DNA of 61,092 bases, from the NCBI GenBank assembly GCA_003246755.1, contig QKDC01000174.1:1-61092 (forward strand), written 5' to 3'. Origin of the DNA: Gemmatimonadota bacterium (GTDB lineage Bacteria; Gemmatimonadota; Gemmatimonadetes; Gemmatimonadales; GWC2-71-9). A program made the position numbers and the translations under genes. How positions within the stretch are numbered: position 1 is the stretch's first letter; each line of letters starts with the position of its first letter. This document shows positions 55,475-61,092 of this stretch, one piece after another. The notes under the pieces were generated by a model. That model worked only from the letters and a program-made list of their open reading frames with translations. It was not told the origin of the DNA and made no database searches.

Positions 55475-56881
55475 ATGGTCGACATCTCGCAATTGAACCG
55501 CATTTCTCCCGTCCTCTGGGAGATCCCCACGAGCTTCCGGCGTGACATGCGTGTCCCCGCACGCATCTATGCAAGCGAGCCGATGCTAAAAGCGATCCGG
55601 AGTGACCGATCGCTCCAACAGTTGGTCAACGTGGCGACTCTCCCCGGCATCCAGCAATGGGCTCTGGCCATGCCCGACATCCACGAAGGCTATGGGTTCC
55701 CGATTGGGGGAGTCGCTGCCTTCGATACCCACGAGGGAATCATCTCACCCGGTGGAATCGGATACGACATCAACTGTGGGGTCCGCCTCCTCAGAACCGA
55801 TATCACCCGATCCGATGCGGCACCGTTCATGACGGATCTGGGGCGCACTCTCTTTGCTGAGATCCCCTCCGGCGTCGGCCGGGGGGGACAACTCGCCCTC
55901 AAGGGGAATGATCTGGATGCCGTCCTCTCTGGTGGTGCCCCGTGCCTGAAGGAGTTGGGCTATGCCGAGGAGGAGGATCTCCGCCACATCGAATCCGCGG
56001 GCAAGCTCGACGGCGCCGATCCTTCGCGGGTATCCGAACGGGCGAAGGCCCGGGGCCGGGACCAACTCGGCACCATGGGTGCGGGGAACCACTTCGTCGA
56101 AGTGGGATACGTGCAGCAGATTTTCGATCGCGCCATGGCTGAGCGACTCGGTCTGATTCGGGATCAGGTGACCGTCCTGATCCACACCGGCTCTCGCGGC
56201 TTGGGTCATCAAGTCGCCACCGATTACATCCGTACCATGAACCGGGTCATGTCCGGGTACGGCATCTCCCTTCCCGATCGGGAGTTGGCCTGCGTGCCGT
56301 TCGAGTCGCCCGAAGCGCGGGACTATTTCTCCGCGATGAATGCGGCGGCGAATTTCGCCTGGGCCAACAGGCAAATGATCACCTTCGAAGTACGCCAAGC
56401 CTTTGGGCGAGTGTGGCGGACGGACACACCGAGCATCTCGGTCGTCTACGACGTCGCACACAACATCGCCAAGGTCGAGCGATATGCGATCGACGGAGAG
56501 GAACGGGACGTCGTGGTCCACCGGAAGGGAGCCACTCGGGCCTTCCCGGATCAGCCTGTCCTGATCCCGGGCAGCATGGGCACCGCCTCGTATGTCCTCA
56601 TGGGGCGGGAAACGTCGCTCCGGGAGAGCTTTGGCTCCAGCTGTCACGGTGCGGGCCGTCGCATGTCCCGAACGCGGGCGCGGAAGCAGACGACCGCAGC
56701 GCGGCTGCGAGAGGAACTGAGCGAACAGGACATCATCATCAGTGCAGGCTCGAAACGCGGGCTCGCCGAAGAAGCCCCGCTCGCCTACAAGGACATCGAC
56801 GACGTCGTCGATGTGATCCACGAGGCCGGGATCGCAACGAAAGTCGCCCGCCTCAGACCTCTGGCGGTCATCAAGGGGTGA
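55475..56881 (+). CDS. rtcB: RNA 3'-phosphate/5'-OH ligase RtcB (long, archaeal/eukaryote-like form)
   Basis: PDIHEGYGFPIG, GYDINCGVR, GNHFVE, HTGSRG, HN, HRKGATRA, PGSMG, SCHGAGR, EEAPLAYK, VIKG. Start is ATG 55475. Confidence 0.95.
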   Translation: MVDISQLNRISPVLWEIPTSFRRDMRVPARIYASEPMLKAIRSDRSLQQLVNVATLPGIQQWALAMPDIHEGYGFPIGGVAAFDTHEGIISPGGIGYDINCGVRLLRTDITRSDAAPFMTDLGRTLFAEIPSGVGRGGQLALKGNDLDAVLSGGAPCLKELGYAEEEDLRHIESAGKLDGADPSRVSERAKARGRDQLGTMGAGNHFVEVGYVQQIFDRAMAERLGLIRDQVTVLIHTGSRGLGHQVATDYIRTMNRVMSGYGISLPDRELACVPFESPEARDYFSAMNAAANFAWANRQMITFEVRQAFGRVWRTDTPSISVVYDVAHNIAKVERYAIDGEERDVVVHRKGATRAFPDQPVLIPGSMGTASYVLMGRETSLRESFGSSCHGAGRRMSRTRARKQTTAARLREELSEQDIIISAGSKRGLAEEAPLAYKDIDDVVDVIHEAGIATKVARLRPLAVIKG

Positions 56882-56897
56882 GTCGTTTGCGAATGTA

Positions 56898-57836
56898 TTG
56901 CGCGTGTTGCCGTCGGAGTGTGGACGGCCTGAGAATGTGATCGTGATCGCCCGACCATCCAATCGTGAGGCCGCCGATCTCCTCCGCCGCACCGCTGACG
57001 TGCTGGCCGAGCAGGACGAAGACGGGTTCCGGATCAGAGCCTATCGCCGGGCGGCCGATGTGGTGGAGGCGCTCCAGGAGCCCGTGTCGCAGATCTTGGC
57101 ACACGAAGGCGTCGAGGGACTCATTGCCCTGCCCGGTATCGGGGAGGGAATCGCGTTCGGACTCTCGGAGTGGAACCGCACCGGGAAACTCCCAGCCCTC
57201 GAGCGGCTTCAAGGCAAATCCGACCCTGTCAGTCTGCTTGCCACGGTACCCGGCTTGGGCCGAAAGCTCGCCGACCGAATCCACCATGCGTTGGGAATCG
57301 GGAGCTTGGAGGACTTGGAGTTGGCGGCGTGGGACGGCCGCTTGGATGCCCTTCCAGGGTTCGGACCACGCCGGTTGGAGACCATCCGAGGTGCCCTCTC
57401 GGCTCGGCTCGGCCGAAGGCCGATCCCGCGAACCTCGCCCGAGGATCGTCCTCCGGTTGCGGACCTGCTGGCAGTCGACCGCGAGTACCGTCGCAAGGCG
57501 AAGGCACTCCGGCTGCGGACCATCACACCCCGCCGCTTCAATCCCGATCGCCGTGCCTGGCTACCCGTTCTCCATACTATTCGGGGCGGTCGGCACTACA
57601 CTGCCCTCTTCTCGAACACCCTCACCGCGCATCGTTTGAAGCGGACCCACGACTGGGTCGTGCTGTATTACGACAGCAAGCAGGGTGAGGGGCAGGCCAC
57701 GGTGGTGACGGAGCGAAGCGGACGACTCCGGGGGCGGCGGGTGGTGCGCGGACGAGAGCCGGAGTGCTACAAACACTACGGTGTCTGGCTCGAGCCCGAA
57801 CCACACGCTCGAACCGATGGAGACGGCGTGATCTGA
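56898..57836 (+). CDS. Helix-hairpin-helix protein resembling the PolX N-terminus, with an unrelated basic C-terminal domain (start may be GTG near 56937/56943)
   Basis: SNREAADLL...FRIRAYRRAA, LPGIGEGIA, VPGLGRKLA, LPGFGPRR. No nucleotidyltransferase DxD palm. Confidence 0.8.
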   Translation: MRVLPSECGRPENVIVIARPSNREAADLLRRTADVLAEQDEDGFRIRAYRRAADVVEALQEPVSQILAHEGVEGLIALPGIGEGIAFGLSEWNRTGKLPALERLQGKSDPVSLLATVPGLGRKLADRIHHALGIGSLEDLELAAWDGRLDALPGFGPRRLETIRGALSARLGRRPIPRTSPEDRPPVADLLAVDREYRRKAKALRLRTITPRRFNPDRRAWLPVLHTIRGGRHYTALFSNTLTAHRLKRTHDWVVLYYDSKQGEGQATVVTERSGRLRGRRVVRGREPECYKHYGVWLEPEPHARTDGDGVI

Positions 57837-57842
57837 CCGATA

Positions 57843-58277
57843 TCAGATTGCGATCTTCGGTGCCTGTTTCTCCAGCAGCCTGCCGATCGTGGTCACTTCT
57901 TCCACCATCAGATCCAACGCGTCATCCAGGCTGAACAATCCCATCAGGACACCGTCCGGCCCGGTCACCACGATCCGGCGGACCCCGGCCCCGGCCATCC
58001 GTGTGATGGCCTCTTCGGTGGGGGTGTTTTCGTCGACCGAATGGACCGGGCTGCTCATGATCTCTCTGAGATGCATCTCGTCGGGATTATTGCCGGTCGC
58101 CAGACAACGGATGGTGACATCGCGGTCGGTGACGATCCCCATCGGCTTCTCCGGCTGACCTTCGACAACCACGAGCGTGCCGACGTCGAATTCGGCCATG
58201 CGTTCCGAGGCTGCCCTCACCGTTTCGTCGGGTGAGGCGGTGGCCACCACTCGAGTACAAAATCTTCCTACGGACAT
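57843..58277 (-). CDS. Stand-alone CBS-pair protein
   Basis: SD GGAGG, VGTLVVV, GIVTDRD, IMSSPV, VRRIVV, GLFSLDD. Confidence 0.9.
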   Translation of the reverse strand: MSVGRFCTRVVATASPDETVRAASERMAEFDVGTLVVVEGQPEKPMGIVTDRDVTIRCLATGNNPDEMHLREIMSSPVHSVDENTPTEEAITRMAGAGVRRIVVTGPDGVLMGLFSLDDALDLMVEEVTTIGRLLEKQAPKIAI

Positions 58278-58439
58278 GCCTTCCTCCCTGCAGGGGGCCA
58301 TGTGAAAATCTGGCGCAGTGGTGGTGAACGGTGACTGAAATGGGCGTGAAGAGTGCGGGGGGACCACGGGGGGGAGAGAGAGGTTGCACCTCTAAGGAGT
58401 CCGGGTTCATGATCAAGGACCTTGAGGAGGAGTTGATCA

Positions 58440-58865
58440 ATGTTCAAGCCACTATCCGCAATCGGCTTCTTGACCGCCGCCGTGTTTCTATTCCCAAGCC
58501 CAGTTAGCGCTCAGGACGCCATTAACGTCTCGGCCAAGGAGCTTCGCCAGTACATCGGCAAGCGGGTCACCGTGGAGGGGAAGGCGGTTGAGACTGCCTC
58601 CACAAAGGACTCCCGTGAAGAAGTCGAGCTCTTTCCTCAGGCTGGGTTCTCAGAGACCGTCTACCTGTACTTCGAGCGCCGAACGCCCTTCGAGGCGTTC
58701 TTCGCCGTGGTGACCGGCAACGCCTCACGGGCCAATCACCGCTTCTGGCGAAACAAGCATCTCCGAGTGACCGGCATGGTAATCGATGGGCCGAGCGGAC
58801 GACGGATCGGGATCGTGGTGGATCACCCAGACGACCTGGTCGATTTGGACGCGGAAAAGCCCTAG
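58440..58865 (+). CDS. Secreted hypothetical protein, probable OB-fold
   Basis: SD GAGGAGG, signal peptide, YIGKRVTVEG...VYLYF...LRVTG...IVVDHPDDL. Confidence 0.65.
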   Translation: MFKPLSAIGFLTAAVFLFPSPVSAQDAINVSAKELRQYIGKRVTVEGKAVETASTKDSREEVELFPQAGFSETVYLYFERRTPFEAFFAVVTGNASRANHRFWRNKHLRVTGMVIDGPSGRRIGIVVDHPDDLVDLDAEKP

Positions 58866-58881
58866 CTCCCGTCGAGATCGT

Positions 58882-59793
58882 CTATGGGCGGCGCCGGATT
58901 TCCAGGTTGCCGTTGCCGGAACTCATCACTAGTCGTCCTCCCCCGTCGCCGATCGTTCCACGGACGCGCGACGGGTTGATCCGACCTTGCATCAGGATCG
59001 GGAAATCGAGAGTCACCTGACCGTTGCCGGTGTTCGACTCCAGCTCCGCGCCAAAGTCTTCGGGGACCCTGAGGATGATCCGCCCATTACCGGTGGTGAA
59101 CCTCATGTCGGGCGCTCCGGTCAGCCGCTCCATCGACACATCGATGGTTCCGTTGCCGGAGTTTGCGGAAACCGGACCCAGAACCGTGCTGATGCGAATG
59201 TCTCCGTTACCACTGGACACATCGACCGGACCACCGACACCGTCAACCGTCACCTTCCCGTTGCCCGATGAGGCGCTGACCGAGCCAGCGGCTCCAGATA
59301 CGTTGATTCCCCCGTTGCCACTCCTGGCGATCACCTCCTGACCCCCGCCCGTGACGCGCACCTCACCGTTCCCGGTCGAGGCGCGCACGCGTGACCCTGC
59401 CGGAATCTGGACCGTGAAATTGACTCGGATCTGACGGTCGTGTGACGATGCACGAGAGTCGGGAGTGCTCTCATAGGACCCATCCTCGTTACATTCGTCC
59501 GTGCCCTCATAGACCGCGCAAACGGTCACGCCATCCCCTTCCCGACGCACCACGAAGCCGACGTCCCGCACCGACCCCCGCCGGACGTCCTTCTCTGCCC
59601 GAATCGCGACCTGGTTGCCGGGGCCCTCGGTGACACGGACAAACCCGTTCGGTGAAGCAATTCGGACCCAGGCTCCCTGGGCTACGGTCTGGTTGTGGGA
59701 AAATGTCGACCCATCCCGGCCGACGATTTCCTGAGCGAAGACTGGGGCGGCGAGTGTGCAAGCCAGGCCAAAGGCAAGAACTGAGCGTGTCAT
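58882..59793 (-). CDS. DUF4097 beta-strand repeat protein, secreted
   Basis: Signal peptide and about eight (S/T)GNG(x)(I/V) repeats. Confidence 0.85.
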   Translation of the reverse strand: MTRSVLAFGLACTLAAPVFAQEIVGRDGSTFSHNQTVAQGAWVRIASPNGFVRVTEGPGNQVAIRAEKDVRRGSVRDVGFVVRREGDGVTVCAVYEGTDECNEDGSYESTPDSRASSHDRQIRVNFTVQIPAGSRVRASTGNGEVRVTGGGQEVIARSGNGGINVSGAAGSVSASSGNGKVTVDGVGGPVDVSSGNGDIRISTVLGPVSANSGNGTIDVSMERLTGAPDMRFTTGNGRIILRVPEDFGAELESNTGNGQVTLDFPILMQGRINPSRVRGTIGDGGGRLVMSSGNGNLEIRRRP

Positions 59794-59883
59794 GGAGCCC
59801 TCTTGGGATGCGGTACCTAGAGTTAGATCCCTGCCACATACGGAACGTTGGACCTCCAAGTATCAAACCGGTTTCCATCGCCG

Positions 59884-61092
59884 CTATTCGGCGCGCATCA
59901 CCGTGGCCGCATCGACCCGTGTTGCCCGGTAGGCAGGAACGAAGGTCGCCACGGCGGCGATGGCTCCGAGCACCACCCCCACCGTGATCCGGGTGACGAG
60001 ATCATTCGGGGTGACGCCGAAGAGCAGGGATTGCAGCAGCCGACTCGTGATCGCGCTTCCCAACAGGCCCACCACGAGACCCACGCCTATCGCAATCATG
60101 CCTCGACTCATGGCTCCCCCAAGCACCCGATGTCGGGTTGCCCCCAAGGCCATTCGAATACCGAATTCGGTGCGCCGTGCCCCCATGGTGTACGCCATCA
60201 CCCCGAACACGCCGACGGCTCCCAGGGCGAGTGCCAGTACGGCGAAGAACGACAAAACGTTTGCGAAGAAACGTCGCCGGGCCATCGACTCGCCGACGAC
60301 CTCGTCCATGCGGCGGAGGCCGACGATGGGGATGTCCTTGTCGACCATTCCGACTGCCTGCCGAGCGGCCAGCATCACCGGCCGAAGATCGTCGTCTGCT
60401 TCGATCATCACCACCATACTCGACAGCGCCCACCCAGCGGCGTGTGGCACGTACATCTCCGCCACGGGCTCGCGGTCGAGGGTAAACTGCCGCGCATCGC
60501 CGACAACCCCGACGACCTCAAACGGTTGGCTCCCGAACAGCCGGATCACTTTGCCGAGGGCGGGCTCCTCGGGCCACAACTCCTCAGCCATCGTCCGATT
60601 GATCAGACCTACCGTAAGCCGATCGGCACGGAGGTCTGCGTCCGTGAATCCACGGCCTTCGAGGAGGGGTTGGTCGACGACGTCGAAGTAGTCCGGGGTA
60701 ACAACCCTGAAGTTGGCGGTGGGGAGCGGGCCATCGGGTGGCGGGTGGCCCTCGGCGAGGTAGGGGAACCCCCAGTTACCAAGACTGAATGGGAGGAGGT
60801 GGATGGCTCCGACCGTGCGGACACGTGGTATCCCCCGCAGACGTTCGAACAGCTGATCGTAGAGCACGCGGGCGGATGCGTGGTCATACCGGGCAGATGG
60901 CGGCGACAATTCCATCGCAATGACATCTGTGGGATCGAGTCCGGTCTCCACCGACCGGAGTTCATGGATGCTCTTGAGGAGCAGGCCCGCCCCACTCACC
61001 AGGATCGTCGCAAGGGCAATTTCGCTTCCGACCAGGAGGGCACCCGAGCGACCGGCGGTGCGGGTCAGTACACGGCCACGCGACCCCGTTCC
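59884..61092 (-). CDS. MacB/FtsX-type duplicated ABC permease (ADOP-like), 5' part outside window
   Basis: Frame is open to base 61092. LVGSEIALATILVSGAGLL, EFGIRMALGA, PAYRATRVD. Confidence 0.9.
   Translation of the reverse strand, partial: GTGSRGRVLTRTAGRSGALLVGSEIALATILVSGAGLLLKSIHELRSVETGLDPTDVIAMELSPPSARYDHASARVLYDQLFERLRGIPRVRTVGAIHLLPFSLGNWGFPYLAEGHPPPDGPLPTANFRVVTPDYFDVVDQPLLEGRGFTDADLRADRLTVGLINRTMAEELWPEEPALGKVIRLFGSQPFEVVGVVGDARQFTLDREPVAEMYVPHAAGWALSSMVVMIEADDDLRPVMLAARQAVGMVDKDIPIVGLRRMDEVVGESMARRRFFANVLSFFAVLALALGAVGVFGVMAYTMGARRTEFGIRMALGATRHRVLGGAMSRGMIAIGVGLVVGLLGSAITSRLLQSLLFGVTPNDLVTRITVGVVLGAIAAVATFVPAYRATRVDAATVMRAE

Noticed and set aside
1-61092. CRISPR arrays, rRNA/tRNA genes, IS elements, prophage
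   Set aside because: No regularly spaced direct repeats, RNA gene signatures, transposases, integrases or phage genes were seen. The repeats present are protein-level (SPDG, Asp-box, GNG).

Overview
GC-rich, gene-dense bacterial window. The four Ser/Thr kinase-TPR/beta-propeller paralogues and duplicated MacB-type permeases suggest Gemmatimonadota or a similar lineage (inference only). About 42 CDS are supportable, two of them truncated by the window edges, including a di-heme oxidoreductase at 1-1128 that the ORF track misses. I found no rRNA, tRNA, CRISPR array, transposase or integrase. The main candidates for something new are: (1) a ~170-nt, apparently pseudoknotted leader RNA (12540-12706, minus strand) that starts at a predicted sigma70 start site and precedes a protein with a highly basic N-terminal module; (2) a translationally coupled operon of FHA-class III cyclase (GC-like Glu, no catalytic Asn), GGR-like flavoprotein, cNMP-binding protein and DsrL-2-like Fe-S flavoprotein, with no dsr genes in the window; (3) a divergent pair of a non-canonical CFA-type methyltransferase and an NMO/FabK-family flavoprotein; (4) archease-RtcB followed by a PolX-like HhH protein that lacks the polymerase core. 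All family names come from motif recognition by eye. No searches were run.
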